64,000 nt of DNA from an uncultured Opitutus sp. (GTDB taxonomy: Bacteria; Verrucomicrobiota; Verrucomicrobiia; Opitutales; Opitutaceae). The notes under the pieces were generated by a model. The model saw only the letters and a list, made by a program, of their open reading frames with translations, ran no database searches and was not told the origin of the DNA. The first letter of the stretch is position 1. Every line of letters begins with the position of its first letter. Positions 27,168-36,993 of this stretch are shown here, piece by piece. The stretch covers positions 3,552 through 67,551 of the forward strand of contig CAZDGC010000020.1 in assembly GCA_964504885.1 (NCBI GenBank), given 5' to 3'. The position numbers were made by a program, and so were the translations under genes.

Positions 27168-27176
27168 GAACCGGCC

Positions 27177-28337
27177 ATGAAGGTGCTCCACGCTTACAAT
27201 CTCCACCGCGGCGGCGGGGGCGCCGACAACGCCACGCGTGCGACCATTGCGTTGCTGCGGGAGCGCGGGGTCGAGGTGGCGGTGTTCGAGCGCGACAGTG
27301 CGCAACTGCCGGCGTCGGCGGCGGGCCGGCTGACGGCCTTCGTGCGGGGACTCTATTCGCGCGAGGCGGTGCGGGCGTTCCGGACGCACCTGGAGGCAGA
27401 GCGCCCGGACCTGGTGCACGTGCACGAGTTGTACCCGTTGATTTCGCCCTGGGTGCTGCCCGAATGCGCCCGGCGCGGGCTGCCGGTGGTGATGAGCGTG
27501 TACGACTACCGCCTGACCTGTCCGGTCCACAACCACTTCCACCGGGGCCAGGTCTGCACCCGGTGCGTGGGCGGACGGGAGTTCCAGTGCGTGCGGCAGA
27601 ACTGCCGCGGCCGCTGGGCGGAGAGCGTGGCGTTCGCGCTGCGGAACCTGGTGGCGCGCCGCTGGCGCCTGTTCGCGCGGAATATCCAACTTTACATTAC
27701 ACCGACGCGTTTCACCGCCGACTGGCTGACGGCCCACGCCGGGGTCGCGGCGGAGGCGGTGTGCGTGGTGCCCTGCGCGATCCGGCTGCCGGGGACGACG
27801 GTCGATCCGGCAGCGGGACGGTACGCGGCGTTCGCGGGCCGGTTCGTGCCGGAGAAGGGCGTGGAGGTCGCGGTGGCGGCGGCGCGGCAGGCGCGGGTGC
27901 CGCTCTGGCTGGCGGGAGATGCGGACACGCATCCGGCGGTGCGGCCGGGAGACGAGGTGCGGTTCGTGCGGACGCGCGGGCCGGAGCAACTGGCGGAGTT
28001 CTACCGCGGGGCGCGGGTCCTCGTGATGCCGAGCATCTGGTTCGAGACCTTTGGCATCGTGGTGGGCGAGGCCATGAGCCATGGCGTGCCCGTGCTGGCC
28101 TCGGGGATCGGCGCCCTGGCGGAGACCACTGTGGACGGTGTGACCGGACTGCATTTCCGGGTCGGAGATGCCGGGGATCTGGCCGGCAAACTGCGGCGGC
28201 TGTGGGAGGATGACGAACGCTGCCGCGCCCTCGGGGCGGCGGCGCGGCGGCACATCGAGCGGACCGCCTCCCCGGCGCGCCATGTCGAACTCATGCTGGC
28301 GGCCTACGCGCGGGTCCTGGGCCGGGCGGTGGGCTGA
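27177..28337 (+). CDS. Glycosyltransferase family 4
   Basis: PDLVHVH, GRFVPEKG, ETFGIVVGEAMSHGVPV. Confidence 0.92.
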   Translation: MKVLHAYNLHRGGGGADNATRATIALLRERGVEVAVFERDSAQLPASAAGRLTAFVRGLYSREAVRAFRTHLEAERPDLVHVHELYPLISPWVLPECARRGLPVVMSVYDYRLTCPVHNHFHRGQVCTRCVGGREFQCVRQNCRGRWAESVAFALRNLVARRWRLFARNIQLYITPTRFTADWLTAHAGVAAEAVCVVPCAIRLPGTTVDPAAGRYAAFAGRFVPEKGVEVAVAAARQARVPLWLAGDADTHPAVRPGDEVRFVRTRGPEQLAEFYRGARVLVMPSIWFETFGIVVGEAMSHGVPVLASGIGALAETTVDGVTGLHFRVGDAGDLAGKLRRLWEDDERCRALGAAARRHIERTASPARHVELMLAAYARVLGRAVG

Positions 28338-28481
28338 GGCTCGCCCCCGCCGCCGCCGGGGCGGGAACGCCTGGCGCCGGCGGGGCACCGGGGCGGGGAA
28401 CGGGATCCGACCTGCCCGGGCGGAGGTTTTTCCGAGTCCGGCCTTGTGTCCGGCCGCGGCCCTTCCGATGAACCTCGGCCC

Positions 28482-29597
28482 ATGAGCCGGACGAACAATC
28501 GAAGGTGGGGTCGGGCGGCGGTGGGCGGGCTGCTGGTGCTGCTGGCGGGATGTCGCGCGGGCCAGTCGGCGGCCCCCGACCCGGTGGCCGGGCTGCCGCG
28601 GCGCGAAGGCTGGACGGTCGGCGCGGAGCCGGTGATCCAGGCGGGGGATTTCCGGCCGCAGGCGCTGTGGGCGGACCCGTGTGTGTTGCAGGAGGGCGGT
28701 CGCTACGTGATGTACCTTACGAGCAGCACGCGGGAGCCGTTCAAGCCGCCGGTGCTGCCGTTCCGGGCGGAATCGGACGACGGCCTGACGTGGCGGCTGA
28801 ATCCGGCCACGCCCCTGCTGGAGGCGGATGGCGGGGAATTCGTGAGCCTGGAGACGCCCTCGGTGGTGTATTTCAAGGGCCAATACCACATGTACACCAG
28901 CGCCATCGCGCCGGCGGGAAAGGTGCCGATGATGGCGATTGGCCACGCGGTCTCGCCGGATGGCGTGACGTGGCGCCGCACCCCGGGGGCGGTGCTGCGG
29001 GCGACCGGCACGGTGACCGACTGGAACGGCTTCCTGGTGGGTGAGCCGGGGGCCGTGGTGGTGGACGGCCGGATCCGGGTCTACTTCTCCGCGGTCGGGG
29101 CGCGGACGGGCGGCCAGCCGCCGCAACTGCAGACCATCGGGGTCGCGGAGAGCGACGACGGGGTGCGGTTTGGCGCCCTCCGCCAGGCCTTCGGTCAGTC
29201 GGACCTGTACCCGGCGGGCGCCGGCTACGTGGGTTATTCCACGCCCGCGGCCCTGTGGCACGAGGGGAGACTGCACCTGTTCTACGACGTGGCGCACTTT
29301 CAGCAGGGCCGCAACCCGGAGTGGCAGCAGGTGGCGCTGCACCATGCGGTATCCACGGATGGAGGACGCACGTTCGCGCAGGACGCGGCGCCGTTCCTGC
29401 GCCGGGGTGAGCTGCCCTGGACGACCGGCCAGGTGCTGGCGCCGACCGTGCTCGTGGACGGCGGGCGGCTCCGGCTCTGGTTCGGCGGGCATGTGCGCAA
29501 TCCGGATCTCGCGCCGCTGATCCGCCGCGGCTTCAAGGGTCGGGAGTTCGGAATCGGCCACGCCACGGCGCCGCAGTCGTGGCTGCAGGGGCCGTGA
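28482..29597 (+). CDS. Lipoprotein, five-bladed beta-propeller glycosidase-like (GH43/GH32/GH130 clan-like)
   Basis: Lipobox LAGC, ADPCV, ESDDGLTW, ETPSVV, SPDGVTW, GEPGAV, STDGG. Confidence 0.7.
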   Translation: MSRTNNRRWGRAAVGGLLVLLAGCRAGQSAAPDPVAGLPRREGWTVGAEPVIQAGDFRPQALWADPCVLQEGGRYVMYLTSSTREPFKPPVLPFRAESDDGLTWRLNPATPLLEADGGEFVSLETPSVVYFKGQYHMYTSAIAPAGKVPMMAIGHAVSPDGVTWRRTPGAVLRATGTVTDWNGFLVGEPGAVVVDGRIRVYFSAVGARTGGQPPQLQTIGVAESDDGVRFGALRQAFGQSDLYPAGAGYVGYSTPAALWHEGRLHLFYDVAHFQQGRNPEWQQVALHHAVSTDGGRTFAQDAAPFLRRGELPWTTGQVLAPTVLVDGGRLRLWFGGHVRNPDLAPLIRRGFKGREFGIGHATAPQSWLQGP

Positions 29598-29626
29598 ACG
29601 CCGGCGCGGCCGGGCGCAGGGACGGC

Positions 29627-30403
29627 ATGAACGTATTCATCACCGGGGGCACGAGCGGCATTGGCCTGGCGCTGGCCCGGCGTTATGCCGGGCGGGGCTG
29701 CCGCGTGGGGGTGTTGGCGCTGCCGGGGACGGAGCCGGAGGGAACTGCCGCCGGCGGCCTGGCGGGCGTGGTGCGCTATGAGGGCGACGTGCGCGATGCC
29801 GCCGCGCTGCGTCAGGCGGTGGAGACGTTTGCGGGAGGTCGGCTGGACCTCCTGATCGCCAGTGCGGGGATCAACCAGGGCTTTGCGCCGCGCGAGCATC
29901 CCGACGTGGCGCTGGAGCGCACGGTAATCGAGGTCAACCTGCTGGGCGTGCTCAACGCCTTTGGGGCGGCGTTGCCGCTGATGGTGCGGGCGAAGCGGGG
30001 CCAGCTCGCGGCGATCGCGTCGGCCTCCGGCCTGTTCGGCGTGCCGGGAAACGCGGGCTACACGGCGTCCAAGGCGGCGGTGATCAACCTGTGCGAGGCC
30101 TATGCCGTGGAGCTGGCGCGGCACGGCGTCCACGTAGCGTGTTTTGCGCCCGGCTTCGTCGACACCCCCTTGATGGCGGGCAATCCGGAGCGGATGCCGT
30201 GTTTGCTGTCGCCGGACCAGGCCGCGGAGCGGATTGCGGAGGCCCTCGAGCGCCGTCGCGAGTGGCTGGTCTTTCCCCGCCCGATCGCCGTGGCGGCGCA
30301 GTGCCTTCGGCTGCTGCCGCGGGCCTGGTATCGCGCGCTCTTCCGGCGCGCCTACGACCGCCGGATGCGGCGGTTGCGGGCGGGGGACGCCGCGTCCCCC
30401 TGA
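29627..30403 (+). CDS. Short-chain dehydrogenase/reductase
   Basis: ITGGTSGIG, YTASK, PGFVDT. Confidence 0.92.
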   Translation: MNVFITGGTSGIGLALARRYAGRGCRVGVLALPGTEPEGTAAGGLAGVVRYEGDVRDAAALRQAVETFAGGRLDLLIASAGINQGFAPREHPDVALERTVIEVNLLGVLNAFGAALPLMVRAKRGQLAAIASASGLFGVPGNAGYTASKAAVINLCEAYAVELARHGVHVACFAPGFVDTPLMAGNPERMPCLLSPDQAAERIAEALERRREWLVFPRPIAVAAQCLRLLPRAWYRALFRRAYDRRMRRLRAGDAASP

Positions 30404-30413
30404 GCAGTCCGGA

Positions 30414-31268
30414 CTAATTGCCGCGGGTCATCGCCCGGCGGATCAGCCAGTCCCGCCAGCGGTCCGGCAGGTGCGACAACAGCCAGGCGAAGCGGGCGCC
30501 TGGGCCGACGCGAATCCGTGTGGGGGGGCGCGGCAGGGTGGCGGCGCGATGAACCGCACGGACCACCGCCGCGCCGTCGGGGGCGTGGGTGCGGGCGCGT
30601 TCCGCTTCGCCGACCATCCAGGCGCAGGCAGCGGCATAGCGCTGCCGCAGCTCCGGTGGCCAGGCTGCCTCGCGCCGCCGAAAATCGGCCAGGGAACGTT
30701 CCCAGATCGCGGTTCGCACTTCGCCGGGCTCGATGACCGTAACGGGCAATTGCTCGGCGGAGAGTTCAACTCGCAACGCATCCGCCACCGCTTCGAGGGC
30801 GTGTTTCGAGGCGGCGTAGGGGCCGAGCAGCGGATACGAGACGAGTCCGGACGCCGAGCTCATCAGGATGAGCCGGCCGCGCCCACGGCGCACCAGGGGC
30901 AGCAGCGCCTGGGTGACCGCGATTACCCCCAAGACATTGACCTCCCACTGGCGGCGCCAGTCCTCCAGCGACACACCCTCGACCGGACCGGCCACCGCGA
31001 GGCCGGCGTTGGGAACGAGGACTTGGAGACCGCGTTCTCCGAGGGCGGTGGCCAGCGTCGCGCGGGCGGCTTGGATCGAGGAAGCCTCCGTGACCTCGAG
31101 GACGAGCGGGTGAATCCGGCCGGGGGTAGGTTCGGGCGCGACCGGGGCGGCAGCGAGTTCGCGCACTCCCGCCCAGACCGCCCAGCCGCAAGCGGCGAAA
31201 TGCAGGCTCAGGCTCCGGCCAAGCCCGGAGGACGCGCCGGTGATGAGGATGGTCGGGGCGTCAGCCAT
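30414..31268 (-). CDS. Short-chain dehydrogenase/reductase (17-beta-HSD/RDH-like)
   Basis: ITGASSGLG, NAG, YAASK, IEPG. Confidence 0.92.
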   Translation of the reverse strand: MADAPTILITGASSGLGRSLSLHFAACGWAVWAGVRELAAAPVAPEPTPGRIHPLVLEVTEASSIQAARATLATALGERGLQVLVPNAGLAVAGPVEGVSLEDWRRQWEVNVLGVIAVTQALLPLVRRGRGRLILMSSASGLVSYPLLGPYAASKHALEAVADALRVELSAEQLPVTVIEPGEVRTAIWERSLADFRRREAAWPPELRQRYAAACAWMVGEAERARTHAPDGAAVVRAVHRAATLPRPPTRIRVGPGARFAWLLSHLPDRWRDWLIRRAMTRGN

Positions 31269-31278
31269 CGAGGGAGAC

Positions 31279-32337
31279 TCAAGCACGGCCGGTTGCAGGG
31301 GAGGCGGGCCGGCGGGCCCAGTCCCGCGGTTCTCCCCAGCGCGGCGGACTGCCCCGGGCCATGCGGATGAAGTCGGCCAGTCCACGGGCGATTTCCCGCA
31401 CGACTTGGCCCGGCTGGTCGCGGCGGATGAGCGCCAGGAGCACGAAGCGACCGATCCAGTTGACCGCAAAGGCGGGCGCCAGCGTCAGCCAGTGCCACGG
31501 GCGGGCGTGCCGTGCGAACACCCGGAGCTGGTTCCGCGTGCCGTAGTAGATGCGTTTGGGGTTTCCCAGGTTGGTCTTGGAGGCAAAGCCCTCGCGGTGC
31601 CAGATGCGGGCGGCGGGCACGTAGACCAGACGCCCGCCGCGCGCCCGCACGCGCAGCGAATAATCGGTGTCCTCCGCGTAGGCGAACAACGACTCATCAA
31701 GCAATCCCACGCGCTCGATCGTGGCGCGGCGCAGCGCCAGGACGCAACCATTGGCAAACGTGATGTCGCGACGGCGATCGTATTGCCCCCGGTCGGTTTC
31801 ACGCCGCCCGACGTTGACCCCGATCCCGGTCCAGAGGGAGAGCCGGCCGCCGGCGAACCAGAGCACTTGAGGCGCATCCCAAAAATAAATCTTGGGGCAG
31901 GCCACCGCGACATCCGGCTCGGCGTCCAAAGCCGCCACCAGTGCGCCCAGCGCCTCGGGGTCGACGATCGTATCGTTGTTCAGGAGCACGGCGTGGTCGG
32001 CCGCGGTGCTGAGCATCCAGCGCAGGCCCGTGTTCATGCCGCCGGTGAAGCCGAGATTGCGACCGGTTTCGAGCACCGTGACTTCAGGGAACATCTGGCG
32101 CAAGCGGCCGGCCGTCCCATCCGTGGAACCGTTGTCCACCACCACGAGGTGAAACGCGGCAAACCTCGACCGACGCAGCGAGTGGAGGCAGTCGGCCGTG
32201 ACGTCGCAACTGTTCCAGGTCAATACCACCACGATGACGCGACAGCCGCTGGAGTCGTCGTCGCGGCGTCGAGTCGGGTCGCGAGGTGCGTCCGGGGAGA
32301 TAGGGGGGGGACTCCCTTCCGGCGGCGGCGGGACCAT
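31279..32337 (-). CDS. Glycosyltransferase family 2 (WbbL-like)
   Basis: VVDNGSTDG, NLGFTGGMN, LLNND, YAEDTDYSLR. Confidence 0.9.
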   Translation of the reverse strand: MVPPPPEGSPPPISPDAPRDPTRRRDDDSSGCRVIVVVLTWNSCDVTADCLHSLRRSRFAAFHLVVVDNGSTDGTAGRLRQMFPEVTVLETGRNLGFTGGMNTGLRWMLSTAADHAVLLNNDTIVDPEALGALVAALDAEPDVAVACPKIYFWDAPQVLWFAGGRLSLWTGIGVNVGRRETDRGQYDRRRDITFANGCVLALRRATIERVGLLDESLFAYAEDTDYSLRVRARGGRLVYVPAARIWHREGFASKTNLGNPKRIYYGTRNQLRVFARHARPWHWLTLAPAFAVNWIGRFVLLALIRRDQPGQVVREIARGLADFIRMARGSPPRWGEPRDWARRPASPATGRA

Positions 32338-32399
32338 GCCGGCTTGTTCCAGACGACTCCGGCCGGCGCAAGGAAAGTTTGCCGGGCTTGGCAACTCGA

Positions 32400-32416
32400 C
32401 TGGCCCGGCACCTGCT
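32400..32416 (+). promoter_or_regulatory. Putative sigma-54 (-24/-12) promoter for the PEP-CTERM gene
   Basis: CTGGCCCGGCACCTGCT has GG-N10-GC spacing and about 2 mismatches to YTGGCACGRNNNTTGCW. Confidence 0.45.
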
Positions 32417-32593
32417 TTCCGGTGCCTCGTTGCTGCATCCTGCAGCCGTTCTAATTTTACTTATGAGCTGTCTTTTCGCTTGTTTTCGTTTGGGGTAGGG
32501 GTAAGCCCTTGGGTCCCACCGCGGTCGCTCCCACCACTCCGTCGCGACCGCTGCTGACGGATTTACCCATAAATCTGAGGATCAGGACGTTCC

Positions 32594-33301
32594 ATGAACA
32601 CATACTCATTCCGATTCCCCTGGTTGGCCGCCCTCTTCGTCGGGGCGTCGCTCGTGCTCGTTCCGGCCAAGGCGCAAACGCAGGTGACGACGCTGGGTGG
32701 CACGGCCGACGGCTATCTCGGCGCGTTGGGCCAGCAGATCAACGCCACAAGCTGGTTTGGCTTCGCTTTCACGACCGGAGCGAGCAGCGGCGGTTACACC
32801 TTCAACAACTTTACGGCACGATTGATTGAGCTGGGCGGCGGGGGCCACGTAAATCCCTCCGCGCTCCTGCTGAAATCAAACGGCTCGGGTCTGGTGGACA
32901 CCAGTGTCCCGGCGGAGGGGACCTTCGGGATTACGCCCACCGCCCTCAACCCGGCCACCTACACGAACGCGGTGTTCACACCCACGGCATCGCTGACCCT
33001 GCTTCCGAACACGACCTACGTGCTGGCGGTCACGCCATTTGCGGCCGGCTCGTGGGACTGGGCGGCCACTTCGTCGGCGGCGACGGTTTCGTCGGGCTGG
33101 AGCATGAATGCCGGTGTGATCGGGCCGTACGACAACGGCACTCAAACGGGCAACAGCATCCTGGCGGGCTCGGCGGGATTCCGGTTCATGGCGTCGATCG
33201 ACGCCACGCCGATTCCGGAGCCGGAAACGACGGCCCTGCTGGCGGGGCTGGCGGCAGTTGGCGCCGCGATGGCGTATCGCCGGCGGAAGCGGGCGGTCTG
33301 A
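32594..33301 (+). CDS. PEP-CTERM sorting domain surface protein
   Basis: Signal peptide ending AKA, Ser/Thr/Gly-rich body, C-terminal IPEPETTALLAGLAAVGAAMAYRRRKR. Confidence 0.93.
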   Translation: MNTYSFRFPWLAALFVGASLVLVPAKAQTQVTTLGGTADGYLGALGQQINATSWFGFAFTTGASSGGYTFNNFTARLIELGGGGHVNPSALLLKSNGSGLVDTSVPAEGTFGITPTALNPATYTNAVFTPTASLTLLPNTTYVLAVTPFAAGSWDWAATSSAATVSSGWSMNAGVIGPYDNGTQTGNSILAGSAGFRFMASIDATPIPEPETTALLAGLAAVGAAMAYRRRKRAV

Positions 33302-33477
33302 GTGGTGGGCACATTGGAAGCCGGGGTGGCCCGGACGTGCGCGCCCGGCGGCTGCGGTCGCGAGTGGCTCCCTGGCGGAGCGGTCCGCGAGGGGCGGCGA
33401 ATCGACCCACCCGCTGAACGCCGGCGGGGAGCCGCGGGGGCGTGGGCGGACCGGGGCGGTGCGGGTGGCGGTTTTTC

Positions 33478-34194
33478 ATGAACGCGAAAGTGATCATCCT
33501 CTGCGGCGGGCGCGGGGTGCGGGCATTTCCCTTCACCGAGTACCTGCCCAAGCCGATGCTGCCCATCGGCGGGTCGCCCATCCTTGTCCACCTGATCCGA
33601 AGCTTCGCGGCCCAGGGATTTCGCGAGTTTGTGCTCGCCGCCGGGTATCGAAAGTCGGTGTTGGACGACTATTTCCACGCCAAGGATCTCGGGGTGAAGA
33701 TTGAGATTCTTGATACGGGTGAAGGGGCGGACACGGGGGAGCGGATTTTCGCCTGCCGGGAGCATGTGGGGGAAACCTTTCTCGCGACTTACGGAGACGG
33801 ATTGTGCGACATCCCGCTGGCCCGCCTGGTCGAGTTTCACCGGGAGCGGAAGGTCCTCGCGACCGTGACCTGCGTTCCCCTCTTTTCGCAATACGGCGTG
33901 ATCGAGACGGATGCCGGCGGGGTGGTGACTTCGATGCGGGAGAAACCGGTGCTGCCCGATCACTGGATCAATGCCGGTTTCTTCGTGATGGACCGGGCGG
34001 TGTTTTCGCACTGGAACGGCCGCAATCTCGAGCGGGAGGTCCTGAGGCACCTCGTGCAGCAGCACCGGCTGGCGGCTTACCGCCACCTCGGGTTCTTCAA
34101 GTCGATCGACAGCTACAAGGACCAGCAGGAGTTCGACGAAATCTTCAACAGCGGCCACCTGCCCTGGGTGGTCCGGGAAGCCAAGGCCTCATGA
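33478..34194 (+). CDS. Glucose-1-phosphate cytidylyltransferase-like (RfbF-like) nucleotidyltransferase
   Basis: ILCGGRG..PKPMLPIG, DTGERI, TYGDG, WINAGFF. Confidence 0.85.
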   Translation: MNAKVIILCGGRGVRAFPFTEYLPKPMLPIGGSPILVHLIRSFAAQGFREFVLAAGYRKSVLDDYFHAKDLGVKIEILDTGEGADTGERIFACREHVGETFLATYGDGLCDIPLARLVEFHRERKVLATVTCVPLFSQYGVIETDAGGVVTSMREKPVLPDHWINAGFFVMDRAVFSHWNGRNLEREVLRHLVQQHRLAAYRHLGFFKSIDSYKDQQEFDEIFNSGHLPWVVREAKAS

Positions 34195-35189
34195 ACTTTT
34201 GGAGTGGACGCAGTGTCTTTGTCACCGGGGCCGCCGGCTTTCTCGGCACGGCGCTCACCCGGGAGTTGGTAGCCCGGGGGGCGCAGGTTAGCTGCCTCAT
34301 CCGCGACTGGGTGCCGCAGGCGCCGTTCTTTCAACGGCCGCTCTTTCAGCAGGTGGCGGTGGTGCGCGGGGAACTGGAGGACTACGCCGTGCTGGAGCGG
34401 GCGCTCAACGAATACGACGCCGAGACCGTGTTTCACCTGGCGGCCCAGCCGCTGGTCGGCGTGGCAAACCGCAATCCGCTCGCGACCTTCGAGGCGAACA
34501 TCAAGGGCACCTGGAATCTGCTCGAGGCTGCGCGGCGCAATGCCTGCGTCCGGCGCGTCGTGGTGGCGTCCAGCGACAAGGCCTATGGCGATCACAAGGT
34601 GCTTCCCTACGACGAAGGTTTTCCGCTGCAGGGGCGTCATCCGTACGATGTTTCCAAAAGCTGTGCCGACCTGATCAGCCTGGCCTATCATCAAACCTAC
34701 GGGTTGCCCGTGAGCATCACCCGGTGCGGCAACCTCTTTGGACCCGGCGATCTCAACTTCAGCCGGATCGTGCCGGGCACGATCCGCTCGGCACTGCTCG
34801 GCGATCGGCCGGTCATCCGGAGCGACGGGTCACCGAAGCGGGACTACGTCTACATCGGGGACATCGTGCACGCCTATCTGACGTTGGCGGAACAGATGGA
34901 GCGGGCGGAGGTCCGGGGGCAGGCGTTCAATTTCGGCACTGGCGAGCCCCAGAGCGTGCTGGAGTTGACGCGATCGATTCTCGCGGCGGCCGGCCGGGCG
35001 GATCTGGAACCGGTGGTGCGCAATGAAGCGACGGGGGAGATTGTGCACCAGTACCTGGATTCCCAGCGCGCCCGCCGCGAGCTGGGCTGGGCGCCGGGCG
35101 CCACCCTGCAGGCGCGCCTGGGCGAAACCATCGCCTGGTACCGGGAGTACCTCGGCCGGCCCCCGGCAAACGGAGCGATTTCAGGGTGA
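34191..35189 (+). CDS. NDP-sugar 4,6-dehydratase (RfbG-like)
   Basis: VTGAAGFLG, FHLAAQPLV, SSDKAYG, PYDVSK, RCGNLFGPGDLNFSR. Confidence 0.88.
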   Translation: MNFWSGRSVFVTGAAGFLGTALTRELVARGAQVSCLIRDWVPQAPFFQRPLFQQVAVVRGELEDYAVLERALNEYDAETVFHLAAQPLVGVANRNPLATFEANIKGTWNLLEAARRNACVRRVVVASSDKAYGDHKVLPYDEGFPLQGRHPYDVSKSCADLISLAYHQTYGLPVSITRCGNLFGPGDLNFSRIVPGTIRSALLGDRPVIRSDGSPKRDYVYIGDIVHAYLTLAEQMERAEVRGQAFNFGTGEPQSVLELTRSILAAAGRADLEPVVRNEATGEIVHQYLDSQRARRELGWAPGATLQARLGETIAWYREYLGRPPANGAISG

Positions 35190-36226
35190 ACCCGCGGGTC
35201 TTCATCGGCATCCCGACTTTCAATCGCCCGCACTACCTGCGCGCGACTATCGCCAGCCTGCGCGCGCAGACGCTGGGAGCCTGGCGCGCCATCGTCAGCG
35301 ACAACGACTCCCCCCCGGCGGCGGCGGCGGCGGCGCGGGCGGCGGTGGAAGCCGCCGGGGATCCGCGGCTCTCGTACGTGTTGCAACCGGAGAACGGCGG
35401 CGAATACGGCCAGGGCCGCTTCTTCTTCGGGGCCGCCCGGGACGAGGACTACTTCGTCATCCTACACGACGACGACCTGCTCCGTCCCGACTATCTGGAG
35501 ACGGCGCTGCGCACGCTCGACCGCCGGCCGCACCTGGCGTATTTCCACTGCGCGCCGGCGGTGATCGATGCCGACGGCCGGGAGTCGGCCGAACTCACGC
35601 GCTGGTATTCCGCCTATCACGGCCAGGAGGGCGTGTCCGCAGGGGAGATTGTCGTCCTGGATCGCCTGCTGCGCACGGGCTTCACGCCGATCTGCGGCAC
35701 CTGCTTCCGGCTCTCGCGGCTGCGGGAGTCGGGCTTCGTCGATCCGGACCTGGGGGGAAACTATCCCTTTGAGCTCAACGTGCTGCTGCGCCTCGGGGAA
35801 CGCGGGCTGCGCGCCTGGTATTCGCCGGAGCGCCGGATCGTGTTCCGGGTGCACCCGGGGGCGCTGCGCAACGCGGATCGGCTGATGGAGAATGCGGGGG
35901 TCGTCGACGCGATGATCACGCTGCTCGGGCGCCGGCGGTTCACCGGTGCCAACGAGCGCTTTCGCCGGCGCCTGCTCAGCCGGCTGCACCGGGCGCGGGC
36001 GGTGATGGAATTGCGGGCGGGCCGGATCGCGCCGGCGCGAGCGGCGCTCCGGGAGGCGGTGGCGCACAACCGTTTTTCGCGCGGCACCCTGCTGGCCGCC
36101 GCGTTCCTCCTCGCCCCGCGGCTGACGGCGCGGCTGCTCCCGCCGCCGCGGCCGGTGGCCTGCCCGCCCGGGCTGGCGCCGGCGGCGGCCGCCGCCCGGT
36201 TGCACCCGAGTGGCCTGTCCCGATGA
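35186..36226 (+). CDS. Glycosyltransferase family 2
   Basis: IGIPTFNR, VSDNDS, ILHDDDLL. Confidence 0.88.
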   Translation: MNPRVFIGIPTFNRPHYLRATIASLRAQTLGAWRAIVSDNDSPPAAAAAARAAVEAAGDPRLSYVLQPENGGEYGQGRFFFGAARDEDYFVILHDDDLLRPDYLETALRTLDRRPHLAYFHCAPAVIDADGRESAELTRWYSAYHGQEGVSAGEIVVLDRLLRTGFTPICGTCFRLSRLRESGFVDPDLGGNYPFELNVLLRLGERGLRAWYSPERRIVFRVHPGALRNADRLMENAGVVDAMITLLGRRRFTGANERFRRRLLSRLHRARAVMELRAGRIAPARAALREAVAHNRFSRGTLLAAAFLLAPRLTARLLPPPRPVACPPGLAPAAAAARLHPSGLSR

Positions 36227-36993
36227 AGACGACGTTCCCCCTCCTGCTCCCGCTCGCCGGTCTGGCGCTCGCCGCCCTCGGCGCCGGTTGCGCCGGCGGT
36301 CCGGCGGCGGTCGAGCCGCCGGCCGAAACGGCGTATTCGCTCCGGAAGTACCGCAAGGAGTATGTCATCTCCCCCGGCGATCAGTTCGAGGTGCTGGTCC
36401 AGCGCACGCCGGAGCTGTCGCGCACGGTGGTGGTGCGGCCGGACGGCATGATCACCCTGCCCACGCTGGGGGACCTCCAGGCGGCGGGCCGCTCCTTCGC
36501 CGAGCTCGATCAGGAGATCACCGCCCGGTTGGGGGCGCGGCTCCAGCATCCCGAGGTGGACCTGATCGCGATCGACGTGCCGCCGGCGGTCGTCTACGTC
36601 GTCGGCGAAGTCACGGCGCCGCGGGCCGTGCCGTTGCGCAACGCCCGGACGGCGGCCGAGGCGGTGGCCCAGACCGGCGGTCTCCGCCACACTGCCCACC
36701 GCGATGTGTTTCTGATCCGGCTGCAGGACGACGGCCGGATTGCGGCCACCCCGCTGCGCTCCGCCACGTCCGCGACCTCGGCGCGTTACCTCGCGCTCGA
36801 GACCACGCTGTTGCGCGCGGACGACATCCTGGTGGTGCCGGAGAGCGCGCGATCGCAGTTCGTCCGGATGGTCGACGACTTCGTCAACAAGCCGCTGTCG
36901 GGTCTCAACTCGATCCTGGGGCTCTACGTGAACTACCGGCTGACCGAGCAGCTCGATGCGAACCTCGATCAAATCCGCCGGCTGAACCCATGA
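36223..36993 (+). CDS. wza: Polysaccharide export lipoprotein (Wza/OPX)
   Basis: Lipobox GAGC, YVISPGD, VRPDGMITLP, VYVVGEV, DILVVPES. Confidence 0.88.
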   Translation: MKTTFPLLLPLAGLALAALGAGCAGGPAAVEPPAETAYSLRKYRKEYVISPGDQFEVLVQRTPELSRTVVVRPDGMITLPTLGDLQAAGRSFAELDQEITARLGARLQHPEVDLIAIDVPPAVVYVVGEVTAPRAVPLRNARTAAEAVAQTGGLRHTAHRDVFLIRLQDDGRIAATPLRSATSATSARYLALETTLLRADDILVVPESARSQFVRMVDDFVNKPLSGLNSILGLYVNYRLTEQLDANLDQIRRLNP

